This document shows, piece by piece, positions 11,259 through 24,079 of a stretch of 64,000 nucleotides of DNA. The notes under the pieces are model-generated. The model was not told where the DNA came from and searched no databases. It saw only the letters and a list, made by a program, of their open reading frames with translations. Position 1 is the first letter of the stretch, and each line of letters opens with the position of its first letter. The translations under genes and the position numbers were made by a program. The DNA is from Podarcis melisellensis (lineage: Eukaryota): assembly GCA_964234715.1 (NCBI GenBank), contig OZ174275.1. One strand, given 5' to 3'.

Positions 11259-13869
11259 TTCCTAACTATGTGGTTCTCAGGACTGTAGAACCCAAATGTG
11301 TTTGAAGTCTGCCTATCATTGCACTCTTTATGTATAACCCTGTTTTCACTCTCTTTTTTGAATTAAGCTACAGTATGATCACGCCTTGTGAGTTATGTTC
11401 CAGGGATGGCGCTTGGACACAAACCATGTCTGCCCAAAGTGCCTCTGTGTGAACATCCTAACCTGGATGTTCCCCAAGGCTCTGGGGTGGGCTCCCAAAG
11501 CCTGGTAAGCAAGTCTGAGAACTTAAAAGTTGAGAAAGCCACCGGGAAAGTAACATTAAAGCTCTCTACCTTGCGTGTAATTAATTTGCAGTATTTCAAC
11601 CAACTGGCTTTCAACCGCACAAGGTTGAAATCGTTCAAGTTAACTGCATGCAAGATGTGATCATACTGTAGTCTTGATCATACCAGGAGAGAAGACCCCC
11701 CAGGAAAGTGCACATAACTATGTATTTCTTGGGGGACATAAGGGAACAAATATAACAAATAGCAATAAAAACTATGGCAGAAGGACTGTTTTTTAAAAAC
11801 ACACACACAGGGAACAATAAAAACAAATTAAAACTAGTAGTATCCTAGTAATCAGGAAAAGGGCAAGGGAGGAAAGGGTTGTAGAGCACAACTTCTTTTT
11901 TTATAGCAACTACCATGGGAGATCCCTGTCACAAATCTTTTTCTACATCGTGTCTAATAGGTCCTCAGTCTGAGGGTCAATCCATTCTTCACTTCTAGTA
12001 CAATCTTCATGTTCTATCCTGAATAGACTTTCCTTTGTATCAAACTAGACGTTACATGCAATTCATTTCCCACTGACTTTTAAGCCCAAAGCAGACTTGA
12101 TAATTTTTAAGGAGAAGAATGGCAGGAGGAGAAGCGTTGTTTAACCATTTCCCCTTCATCTCCACCCCCCCAGCACCCTTTTTTGCTAAGCTGCTCTTTT
12201 ATTCAGGGGTATGGGGGTCTTAAATTGAGAAACAGGTGAAAATGCTTATGGGTTCCTTCTGGCTCTTTAAATAATCTAATAGTTATCAGGCATGTGTTTG
12301 TATGAATAGTAAGGTTAGCTGAGAGAGAGAGCAAACTCCTGACAAACGGTGCTGGAGGAAGTTTGAATGGAGCAGAAGTTGTCTGCCTCCTTGCCTCAGA
12401 TCTGCTGGCATAAAGGTCCCTGCTTCATTCACCAAAAGGGCTTGTGGAAGCTGCCACTACCCGTGTCCAATGCCAGCCCTTGAAAGAAGTATTTGCGGGA
12501 GTTGTATGATGGTGGAGATGGGACAGCAAAGGGATGTAAGCTGGTCCAGCCCCTGGTAAGCAGCCTGATCCAGGCCCCTCTGTTGTGTCAGCCTAGAGCC
12601 AGATCAGCAATCAGTGCAATTACTCCTCTCTCACACACATAACCGCTCACCTTGGCTCATATCGTTGGCAGGGCTTCAGGTGCCACTCCATCCACCCTTG
12701 CTGCCCCTGGCCAAAAGTTTGGCTTGCACCCTAAGTTTAGGTTGATTTGTCTGCAGCCAGACCAGCTACACTGCCTTTCTGTGGTAGCACAGTTGGTGGG
12801 TGTTAGAAGGAGATCTGTTCATGGAAATAACCCAAAGAAATAAACAGCCCGAGCACTAAAACCTCTGGGATTTTAAAAAGCCATGTAAAATTGCATTAGA
12901 GTTTGACAGGTTATTAGTAAGAACTAGAGCTGTTCTAATTTGTTGTTAAAAAGTTGTCAGCGACATTTCCTCCAAAATGACTGGACATAGCCGAAACATA
13001 TGGACTAGTTGCCCGTGAATGCTGCATCCCCTAACTTTTTGCAAGATGTCCACATCAAAAGCATTTGGGGAGATAAAAAGCCTAAACCAGAAGTGATCAG
13101 ATAGTGACTGATCTCAGAACAAATCTTCATTATGGCTGTGCATTGTTTCTTCCAGTTTTTCTGTTTCACTTCTACCCTCAGGCAAGACATATTAATTGTA
13201 AGTTTAATTAATCACTTCAAAAGCAAACAACAAAAACACTGTATCCACCACTATAGTCCTATTTATGATGCAGTTTCTGGATGCAAGTGCATGTAGGTCA
13301 GCAATTGCTTAGTGTCTATGAAGACAGGGCTATGTATATATTTAGGCAACCCAAACCTGCAGGGAACAAAGCTTTGGCTGGTGAAAGACAGCAGGCTGTG
13401 GAGTGCCAGCAAATGCCACCTTGCCTAGTCATTTGCTCTTATCTTCCGTGTGCATTCATGGGGGGCAGTGGAGGTAAGAGGGCATTTTGAAGAGCTGTGA
13501 ATTTCACTGGCAGGTGTTTATGCCGCAGTGATGGCATTATAAATGTTCAGGAAGCCGAAAGGCTTTCAGTCTTAAGTAGCTGTGACACTAGTAAATCCTA
13601 GAGCTAAATACACTGAGAGTGAACTGAAATAGCACAGGTCTCCCACAGTGCACTGACAGCAGCAAAAGGGCAACCTCTGAGAACCCATTGTTCTATGTAG
13701 GGCCACTTTCTGGAATTCTGCCATTAGCAGCCCTGTTGATTTATAATTGACCCTGACTTTTCTCAAGACTTGTAAATACGGGGAGGTTCTGATAAAGGTG
13801 CTCTGATTCTCTATGGAAGCTGGAAGACCTCTTTTGGATATTAATGTTCCTTCAGTGTTTATATGGTTG

Positions 13870-14726
13870 ACTGATTTCAATGTCTGCTGCTAAAGAGTAG
13901 TCTCAAGGCACCTTGCTATATAAAATGCAATAATATACTGTAAAGTGCAAATACAGTGTAGAGACAATGATTTAAACCACACCCCAAGAATGAAATACAC
14001 AGCTCTAAAACAAAGTGATTCCACCCCCCCCCCCAATCATTAATATAATCACTGCTGATGCAAAAATTATTTTAAAAGCCTGTCAGAACACATTATCAGC
14101 CATCAAATGCCTGGGAGATACAGGAAAGTCCTTACCTGGTAATAGTTTGTAATGGTGTTAGTTGAGTCTTATTGAGGGCACAGTTGTGAAGGCCTTCTGA
14201 TATTTCTCAGAGCAGAGCCGCTGATGAGGACCTCAGGGTCACAGTAGCTTCATGTCAGAAGAAGCATTCCTCAAGGTATTGGTGTCCTGAGCTTCGTAAG
14301 GTTTTATAGGTGAAAAATTTGAATTGAACTCAGAAATGTACAGTCATACCTCGGGTTGTGGACGCTGTGGGTTGCATGTTTTCGGGTTGCGGACTGTGCT
14401 GAACCCGGAAGTACCGGAACGGGTTACTTATGGGTTTCTGCACTCACACATGTGCAGAAGCGCAAAATGATATCACACGCATGCACAGAAGTGCTGAATC
14501 ACGTCACACGTGTGCACAGACGCAGCACTGTGGGTTGCGAACGCTGCAGGTTGCAAACATGCGTCCTGCACGGATCATGTTCGCAACCCAAGGTATGACT
14601 GTATTGGCATCCATTGCAGGTGGCCTAGAGCTGGTGTAAGGCCATCATATTTCTGATGGTTAAAAAATTGACCGCTGGAATTCTGCATCAGTTGTAGTTA
14701 CCAGTTCCACCAGGCATTGCACTAGA
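13870..14726 (-). mobile_element. Degraded L2-type LINE 3' fragment, split by a MITE
   Basis: Antisense L2-like motifs CATCAAATGCCTGGG, TCCTGAGCTTCGTAAGGTTTTATAGGT..TTTGAATTG and ATTCTGCATCAGTTGTAGTT continue across the 14341-14601 insertion. Boundaries approximate. Confidence 0.6.
14341..14601. mobile_element. Tc1/mariner-pogo (Tigger-like) MITE
   Basis: TIRs CAGTCATACCTCGGGTTG / CAACCCAAGGTATGACTG. TA on both flanks (14339-14340, 14602-14603). Confidence 0.9.
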
Positions 14727-16789
14727 TTGACTCTCCATGCCTCACTCCTCCCTTCTCCCCTCTCCTTCTTGGTGCTAGTGACTGTCTGGGTAAATTATGT
14801 ACGTGGAAGAAACAGCAGCAGTGGGTGGTAAAGTGCAGAGGCATCTGCTCGGTTAAGAACAGTCAGATCAGAAGAGGATTATGTGGTAGTGATGAAGGTT
14901 TACACCTTCCAGGGCCAGCTCCCATAAGAATGTTTTGTTTGTCAGCTCATCTCCTCAACCTGTTGTAATTGCTGATACCTATATAGTTTAGTTATTTGAT
15001 CTGCTTGTAATTCCAAATGTGGTTGTTCAAAGACATGTTGTTCTCACTTGCTCTGCAGAATTGGTGTAGAGATGAATAGTTTAATTTGTACCATGTTTTC
15101 CTAGGTGTTCACAGTTTCATTTGGCTCCATTGCTGTTCAGTAATAAGTGTTATTGCCTGTTTAATGTGCTGTCTGCATCTGCAGCAGAATCTTTCCCCCC
15201 TTATTCACAGTGGTGATGCCTCAAGGTGATGGGGTTCATCAGCGTTCTTGAACTCCCATATTTTTTCTCTGATGTAAAGCTTGCCTGATGTGTTTTTCAG
15301 GAGAAGAGGAGGGAAAATCTAATGGTGTTAGATTATAGCAACTAAACAGGAGATTGATTTAGCTGACACATTACAGTGGAATCTCTTTGTAGTTATTATG
15401 GGCTCTGCCAATGGCCAGTAATGAAAAGCAAGAGTGGTAATCAATTTATAATTACAAATAATACTGCGTGGCAAAAATGGAACATAACAGAATTTTCAGA
15501 GTTCATCACAGATGTGTCTGTGTGAATAACATGTTCCTGGAGAACATTTTGGGACTTAAGGGACCCGAGTTGCTTGGAGAGCTGTTCAGAAACAGCAGAA
15601 GTGAAACTTGAAAGAAAACAAAAATTGCTAAGAGGTAATTTCTCTGTTCCATCCAGAGCTGTCTTTAAGTTAAAAATAACTGCTTTCTCTGTGAAGAGAT
15701 GAAATTTGTGTGGGCAACTTTTGTCAAAGCAGTGCTTGGAAACAAAGGTGAATTCAAGACATACTGCAAACAGCCAGGAGTCTATAACCTGGATTCGGTG
15801 TGTTTTGAATTTATGGTTTGGATATGCCATTGTTATTCTGCACCTAAATGTGCTGTAGAGTCTGTCCCCTGTAGCAGAATTTGTCTCAAGTATCTGCTTT
15901 TAGTCCTACAGTGTTTTACATGAACATGGCTTGTGACAGCATGGAGCCTTATAGTTCACAGGGACTGGGTAAACAATTCCATCTGTGTGAGTAGCTGACC
16001 CAATCCACCAGTCACATTGTTCTGGGACTAGGATGGGGTAGGGATTTGTTCAGTCTTCTTTTTGCAGTGAACCAGCCTGATCCAACAGTCCTGAACTTGC
16101 TCAAAATACAGCTTCTGTCAGATTGCACAGTTCTCTGGATTTTGCGATGCAGTTTCAGCACAGAAAAAGTGTACACAGAAATTGTTGATACATGCCACCT
16201 CAATCTCCAAGTGGTGTGAGGTTGCAGGGGTCTGTGGTGTTTCCTTTGGTACAATGAGGCACAGTGGAGACTGTGTTGTCTTTATGATATGTGTTTTATT
16301 TACACATATATACAACCTGAGCCTAGATAGAGTGAAGAGCATTCACATCTCAGGAGGGTCTTGTTCCTTCCATTGCTGCAGTCTCATCTTTCAAGAGACC
16401 CGAAACAGGGTCTCTGCAGGATAAAACAGACAGCCTGCCTTCTACCCTGCTCTCCTCCAAACTTGCAAAACTGACACTTCAGCCCCTATTCACTTAAATC
16501 ATCCAAATTGAAATTTTACACCCTTTAAATCCCTTTGCCTCTGCCCACTAGCATGTAGCTGGAGGAGGGGCCGCACCACTCCTCATTTAGTATAGTTTAC
16601 ACCCTCCTAATGGCTTTCTTGGTGGGTTAATGACTTGGCCATTATTAGCTTTGTTCTTCCAGTGACCCACATTCAGCAAGCTATACTTGGCTTGTTAGCA
16701 GAAGCTGAATCCAGCAGTGTTTGGCACAGTTTAATCCAATCTTGATTAATTCTAACTTCTACTAAATCCAGGAATTTAAGGGTATCTGG

Positions 16790-17045
16790 CCCCCCACAAA
16801 CTCAGAGCAATACACATTTCACATAGATGTGTACAAAATGCATATTGTATGGATGAATGCATTGAAAAATGTATTTTATGTAAAATGTATGTACAAAATG
16901 TGGACAAAATCCATACAATGTAAATGCAAATTTTTAATGTGTTCTTTTTAAAAAAAATCCACACAAAATGGGATGGAGTGTATGGATTGAACTCAAGCAA
17001 ACTGAACCTGGATGGAATTAGACTGTTCAACCTGTCTCTGTCCAT
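16790..17045. repeat. AT-rich DNA-transposon-like relic with repeated ACAAAATG units
   Basis: Repeated TGTACAAAATG/ACAAAAT motifs. Termini not clearly resolved. Confidence 0.4.
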
Positions 17046-20000
17046 GAGGCAAATATAATATATAGTTAGATCTACACTGTTGGAGCTAGTATGCTTTTGA
17101 ATACCATTTCTCAAAATATCTGTACACAAAGAATCCAGGAAACTTTCTTTGGCTGAAGCAAAACAGTTACTTTTTCTTTTCAAGGAAAAAGTCATCTTAT
17201 GCAAAATCAAAGCATTGCATATATTTGCACTCCTTCTGGAAAACAAACTGGAAATATCATTTACAGCCTTTGCAAATCTGACACCAATCACATTTGTTTT
17301 CAGAAGCCATTTCCTCTGCCAAGATTCAGACCCTGGAAGAGTTGAGTTAACAAACAGATAGATACTGATAGTGTATATTCTTTGTGAAGTAGCATGTTTT
17401 AGAGTTAACATTTAATAGAGAACAAGTTACGCTGCACATATGTACAGATGGAATATGCTAACTGGTCACAACTGAATGTGTGGAGAATCAGAAAGGACCT
17501 TATATCTGCAATCACTTCTTTTCATCACTGAAGGTACCAGTGCAAATTATGGTATGTTAAGGGAAAAAAATCAGGCAATAAAGGAGAGAGATAATAGCCA
17601 TTAATTCTAAGCACTGGGAGTCATAGAGAAAAGCTCAAGGGCGCATTTCACACTGTCACACTAGATTAGTGGTGTGAAAAACTTCAAATTGATTTCCCCA
17701 GCCAAGCTCTTCTATCTTTTGCCATGTGACAGAAGAGAGACAAACTGGAAAGAGTAGTTATCAAGTTTATTTAAATCAGTAAAACTTTGCATGCAAATTC
17801 ACATATGTTACTGTCTAAGTTCATGCACTGTCAGTTAATTTGGTTTTTCAAAACTGATTTTATTTTGTTTACAGAACTCTCACTTTTAGATTTTATCTTA
17901 TTTACGGAGCTCCAACATTTATAGGTACAGTATCCTCTGACAAGAACTCCAAATCCCCATTAGTCACCAAAATGACTAGGAAGAAAGTGCATAAACCTTG
18001 GAAAGTTTATAATGAAATACTTTAAAACTATATTGGTTCTTTCTTATACTAGCAGGCCCAGTCCTGTGAAATGCTCTTCCAACTACCTTTTCCTGGAGAC
18101 TTTTAGAAATGCATTTTTAACCAAGGAAACCTATACATTATCAGAAGTAAGACTGATAGAGTTCATTGGGCCTTACTCACAGGTAACTTGGAACTGCATT
18201 GCAGCCTCAGTGTCATTTTGCATATGGACTATATTGAATTAGATGGGAATTAAGCTAGTTGTGATTAATACATAACATTAATTTCAAGAAATAAATACTC
18301 CCAAGTAAGGGTGGTCCTGGAATTTATAATGCACATGGGATAGGCTGGCGAGGGTAAAGTTGTTATTAGAAAAACAAAACATTTCCCCTACTTTTATATG
18401 TTTAGTGTATTATTACCATCTGGAGCCTTTAGGCATTTGAGGGTCAACAACAACAACATTTAAATTTCCAGATTGTCGTTGTCCTTAAGCACATAACATT
18501 TCTTCAACATGGCCAACTTGTTCTTGAATAAATTATATCAGTATTCGTGGATTGCGGTATATAAAAAGTATCTAAGGGCATCAATTATAAATTTATACCT
18601 TTCACTTATATAAAGACTTTCATGGCTGAGACTGCATAAGGGGGGAAAATACACTGACATTTTCAAATTAACCTTTCCTGTCCTCTGCAAGTGTGGAACA
18701 ACAGATGCAGCTCAATTTGTTCATTGCCAATCTGCAAAAAGATAAGAGACACAATGCATTTTTTAAATATAAAAAATGTTTATTGTGCACAACACTTTTA
18801 TTTGACCATTCAGTTGGAGCATTACATTACTAATGTACAATTATACCTGCTACTCTTTTATCTGATAACTTTTGAGTGGGGCTTTAGTTGTGGCAAGCAA
18901 GACAGCTTGTGTAGGGCTGCTCTAAGGGAAGATCCATTCCGAGATGGCTGAAGAAGCGGGGGAAGATTGTTGGAGTTGCTTATAGGCAGTCTAAGCTAGT
19001 AAGCAGAACTATTGGTTTCATTTCACACTTGCTTGTTCTTTTGTTTGGTAAATTTAGCATAAATTACCTTGTAGCAAATCTGCCTTAAAACATCTCCCCT
19101 TTAAACCGATGCATCGTTCAATGAGGTCACATCCTTGTGTAGTGCACGCAAGAGCCAGTCTGCTTTAAACATTAAGGTGGAAGGTGTTTTCGTCGTCCCT
19201 GTCCTCCCCCCCCCATCTGAATTCATGTTTACTAGTAGAATGCAGCAGGTATAAACAAGCCAAGATCCCCCTCTCCATTTAAACAATAAGTAAATCTGCA
19301 ACATACTTATTCTGACTAGAGGATAGTGAATTATGAATCGTGTTTAGCTATTGGGTCATTCTGGAGGCCTGTGTTTGAGCCATGACTAGGGCCTGGGTTA
19401 GGTGATTGTTGGTCCTCGTGAGATTGCCCGTGGGAGCATGTGGGATTGCTGGCAGGCTCATGACTCACGTGGAATGTGGGCATGCAGTTACAACAATTGT
19501 TTACATCTTTTTTGAGCTGCCCATCCTCTGCTCAAACATAGGAGGCACTTGTTCATATGATTAGCACCTCCATGCAATGTGTGTTACAGTTGAGTTAGCA
19601 GCCCCAGTTTATTCCCTGCAACAAATGCATCACTCCTGAAATTGGCCTAGGGCTACAAGACAGTGATTTCAAGATGCAACTTAGCTGAATTTCAAAGTAA
19701 CATTTGGCACGCATACATCACTTTATAGAGCGCTCCTGTAATCTTACCTGGGGAGCATTTGGGGTCATTTCCTAAAAGTTGTGACATGCCCAAACATTAA
19801 AACAGAATTGTCTTCCACTTTGCTTTAGAATAAGAAATGGAAGAAGCACCTCACAGGCTCTTCTTTCATTGAACAGCAAACTTAGGGTATGTTCACATTA
19901 ACGCTTACTCCACTTATCGTTTTTGAGGCCGCGTATAAGTGAAGTTAGAGACAATCCATATTGATCCTGTGGTGTCTGGACAAATACTCTTGCTTGATGC

Positions 20001-20974
20001 ATTTTTGCTCAAGCTTCAGTCCATCTAGAAAACTTATGTAAGCTGAGAAAACCAGCACAGGAGAGACAGGTGCAAGTCGAAATGTAGGTCCAGGTTTCCA
20101 ACATTAAATTTGGAATTCACCATAGCAGGCCAAGGCTGAACAGAATAAGCTTAATTTCTGTTAACTGCACAGTGAAAACTGCTACTTAGTTTTTGGAGTT
20201 GCCTTGTGGCACTTTCTCTTCACTGTGCAGCCCAGGCTGGTTATGAAACATGGAATTCAAGAGTTTTTAGTTACAGTTGCTATCCAAGCCTAAGTAATTG
20301 CCCATTTACCTCACAATAAAGTAAAAGGCCTTTTCTTTTTCTTTCTTTTTTAAAGCCACGCAAATTGACAGATTGTGAAACTACTGACAATGAGAGGGAA
20401 ATGGCAACATTTTAAGCTTTAATGCCTCAGGAGAGGCGGAACAGAAGAAAAATCTGTGCTTCTGAGAGTTTAAAAAAGAGAGCAAAAAGTACACCGCTCT
20501 GCCTCCATGCAAGCCCGATTGCAGATTTACAGTGAAATGCATGATTTGCACTTAAAGTGTTGGAGGAAACAGGCCAGACACGTACCTTATGACTGGAACT
20601 AAGCTTTAGAGTTTCCTGTCATAAAAAAGCAGATTTACAATTTCTCCAAGCCCAAGGTTGCTATGTAGGGCCTGAAATAATTATTTAGGTCCTGTGACAC
20701 TTGGGTGGCGCAGTTGCTTGGGTTAATATTTTAAAATGCTTAAAGTACAATGTGCTGTTTAAGTGTTGGGTTGTTAGAGTTATTAAACAGACTTTTCCTA
20801 TTTATGTGTTATTCCTCCAAATGAAGACGCTTGACTCAAACCCTCATGTAATCATTTATTTATTCAGTTTACATCAACAGACCTGCTCAAGCTTCAACAA
20901 TAGGTCAATTCCTTACAAATGCAGAATGATTATTTAAGTGCCAGCCTAAAATGGGCATAAATGGGATAAGGTGA

Positions 20975-20975
<1 letters not shown>

Positions 20976-21014
<39 letters not shown>
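20976..21014. repeat. (CA)n microsatellite
   Basis: About 19 perfect CA units. Confidence 0.98.
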
Positions 21015-21016
<2 letters not shown>

Positions 21017-21563
21017 TTATTTGATGTATTGTCTGGCCCTTAAAAGCCAGATTTCAAAACATATTTCAGCAGGTAGTTCATTATTATTTTTTTTAAATCA
21101 GACTAATTATATTGCTCATTTCTTTGTCTAGACTAGAGCAGTGGTGGGGAACTCGCCCCCCCTTGCTTTGGGAGTTTTCTCTTGGGAGCTGCATGCCAGT
21201 GGAGGGCAGAAAAGTGGGTGGAGTTAGAAACATTGCCTTGTTTTCCCCCTTCTCTGTGCCCCCCATCTCTCCCTCTCTTTCTCCCTCTCTCCTCCCCCTC
21301 TCCAATTTCATTCCCTCTGTCAATTTTATTTTTTCCTTCTCTCATCCCCAGTTTTGCCCACCCCACAGCAGAAGAGGAAGCAGACTAATGGAGTGGTCCA
21401 GGGACCCAGAGTAGGCATGTGGTGCCTGGAGGGTCACATTAAATTTGACTAGGAGCTGCGTGCAGTCATTGTGCCACAAATCTAGTCCTTATTATATTAG
21501 AATTAGCTCTTGTCAAAGTAGCTGTAGGGTAATGTTTGTTCTTACTTACATCAGTACATGAGA

Positions 21564-22276
21564 GAGCAGCACTCACCTGTGCCTACTAGAAGCTGTCAGT
21601 GGTCACACCCCAGGAAATGCCTTCAAGTGGCTGGCTAAACCAGGGGGGCGTAGCCAATGGGTTTCAAACCTTCAGAGAGTCAGGGACGTCCCCTGCATGT
21701 GGACTCAGGCTCTGACAGATTGAGTGAATGAGACCAATAGTGGGTCCAATACTCAAGAAGGTGGTTTCTTCATGTACTGTAGAGGAGAGTGAGGGGCAGA
21801 TAGGGCTTGTCACCCTGGGAAGTTAGCCTATCTAGGTGAAGGAGAACTCTGGTTCTAAACCTCTGCTGCTTTGTGAGATATCTTCAGGAGAAGAAAAGCC
21901 TCTAAGGAGTAAACCCTACACAACTCTGGAGTAGAGTAGAGTAGAGTAGAGTAGAGTAGAGTAGAGTAGAGTAGAATAGAGTTGGATGGTGTCTTCTGGC
22001 AATTCCTGCAGCCAACTCCTGGTGCCAAATGAATTGCTCTGCTTCCCTCAGTGAGGCTGAGAGTGGGGTCTTGGCATCTAGGCAGCCCAGGACCTCCATA
22101 GACACTCCATACACACTGCCTAGGCTTGTGCCTCAGGCTTTGGTGCTGCAAAAGCAGCAAAAACAATGCAGGAGGCAGCAGTTATGAGTCACCAACAGTC
22201 AATTTGATTCTCCAGAGGTTTGACTTTACCCCCAGAGGCTCACTCCATTGTCTCTCAAGACAGACGAATGCCAACA
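21564..22276 (+). mobile_element. Non-autonomous RTE-clade-derived retroelement (5' UTR-like part joined to 3' end)
   Basis: RTE 5'UTR-like CTAGGTGAAGGAGAACTCTGGTTCTAAACC. 3' end TCTCTCAAGACAGACGAATGCC followed by an (AAC)n tail. Probable TSD ACATGAGA (21556-21563) / ACACGAGA (22277-22284). No ORF. Confidence 0.6.
21929..21982. repeat. (GAGTA)n pentanucleotide microsatellite inside the RTE-derived element
   Basis: 9 perfect GAGTA units, then GAATA GAGT. Confidence 0.97.
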
Positions 22277-23388
22277 ACACGAGAACCGAGAACCTGAATT
22301 AGAAGCTTCCTACCTGGTTTTTATTTATTCCAGGCCTGAACATTCTGAACCACAATGCTCTGCAAAACCAGTCTTGCATTTTGCCTCCTGCTGCAATGGT
22401 TTTCTGGTATGCTAACTGGATTGCTTGTCCCTAGGATGTCTGTGTGACTGAATTAGACAGTGGACAGATGGTGCCTATTCTGTTTCCCCCTAGGCAGACA
22501 AGCTGTACGTCAACTAAACTTTCCCAGATGTTTTAGGCAAGTTTCTGCTCAGTGAACACGAAGGTGCAAAATTCTTAGCTGCTCACCGGTCCTGGCAGGC
22601 AGTAGTCACGCAGGGCATGCATCCCAGACTTTCTGTACAAGCATGAATATACCCTTGAGAATACCTTGCCTAAGGCCTCTGAATATAAATTTCAGTCATC
22701 GTCACACTGCAACCTTGAAACACAGCAGTGAGCTCCTGTTTTTTCAGATGGGGGAACGTTACTCTGAAAAAGAAAGTGAAGAAAACAAAACAGGAAGATA
22801 CACGCACACAATAATTGTTTTGTTCTCCAGTTCCCTTCAGAGATCACAGGTAACATTTTAAAAGATGAGTTTCTCTCTAATTATGGAAATATTGTCTGAA
22901 TCTAGAGTTTTAATAATTCCCATTGAGTTTGCTTTATTCTGCCTTCACTGTCTTTCTGACAAGAAGAGCAGCTCTAGAGCAACAAAACAAGCACCCTTGG
23001 GTGTTAAAGGCTACAAAGAAGCGCTTAACCTCCCTGCTCTGGTACTGGATCACAAAAACAGAACTAGAGATAATGTAGTAGTGGTATGTTTCACTGTGTA
23101 TATTGCTATCTGTGCATGTACAGTGGAATGTCTGTATTAAGCATTATCACATGCTTATTAGTACCTTTGATACACTATCATCTCTGTATTGTGCTTATCA
23201 ACTATCCATATTCTATATCTGTGATTGATGCATGTGCTATATATCCTTGGTGGTGAGTATACCTAAATACACATATGACACTGTATTTACAGTTTTTCTA
23301 TAAATATAAGACAAGACACATAAGACACGTAAGGGAAAACATTGTTATAAGTATCTAGAGCTACACTGTGACTTAACTTTATATAGGG

Positions 23389-23524
23389 CAGGCATCCTCA
23401 ACCAGCGGCCCTCTAGATGTTTAGGCCTACAACTCCCATGATCCCTAGCTAACAGGACCAGTGGTCAGGGATGATGGGAATTGTAGTCCAAAACATCTGG
23501 AGGGCCAAAGGTTGGGGATGCCTG
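23389..23524. mobile_element. Palindromic hAT MITE
   Basis: TIRs CAGGCATCCTCAACC / GGTTGGGGATGCCTG. The whole element is a near-palindrome. TSD ATATAGGG / ATATAAGG (7/8). Confidence 0.9.
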
Positions 23525-24079
23525 ATATAAGGCCTTAAAGGAACAACCTGTGCAGTTTAAAAACCATTGGTCAGAGAATTAAAATAAGGTTGGTTTTGGC
23601 TGGGAAAGGTTGCTGGAAAATTTTGCTTGACTTTTTAGGTTCTTTTGGTGGCTGATTTGGCTCCAGCTTGGCTGTGTGCCTGTTTGCTTGTCATCTTCTC
23701 AACTTGACTTTTTTTCATTAAACAGAAGTTACAGAATTGCCACAGGTCTCCAGAGCTCTTGTCTCACCAGAAATGTGATGTTGTACACTTGCCCTGGAAC
23801 TGCCTGTTCCTAGAAGAAGTGGGGAATGTGAATGTCCTCCTTATGTCAGAGGCAAGGGGCCAATATTGTCTGGACACACATTATATATAAGCAATGGGTT
23901 TCTATGGCAAATAGTCCTGTAAGTAAGCTATTGTGTTCAGCAAACATGTAGACCAAGTCACACGCAGCTTTCCCAAAGATATCCCCATTTTAACTCTGTT
24001 CTGGTCCTCCCAAATTTGCTTTCCAGTATGTTACTCATCAGGGTGTTGGGGGAGGCGGCGGCGTTTGCCCTCCTAGGTG

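Noticed and set aside
16776-17411. 211-aa minus-strand ORF
   Set aside because: No recognisable domain, overlaps an AT-rich repeat relic, and has a non-ATG start.
18673-18731. Possible 59-nt minus-strand exon with a strong acceptor
   Set aside because: Weak donor (GTTAAT), not frame-preserving, peptide not recognised.
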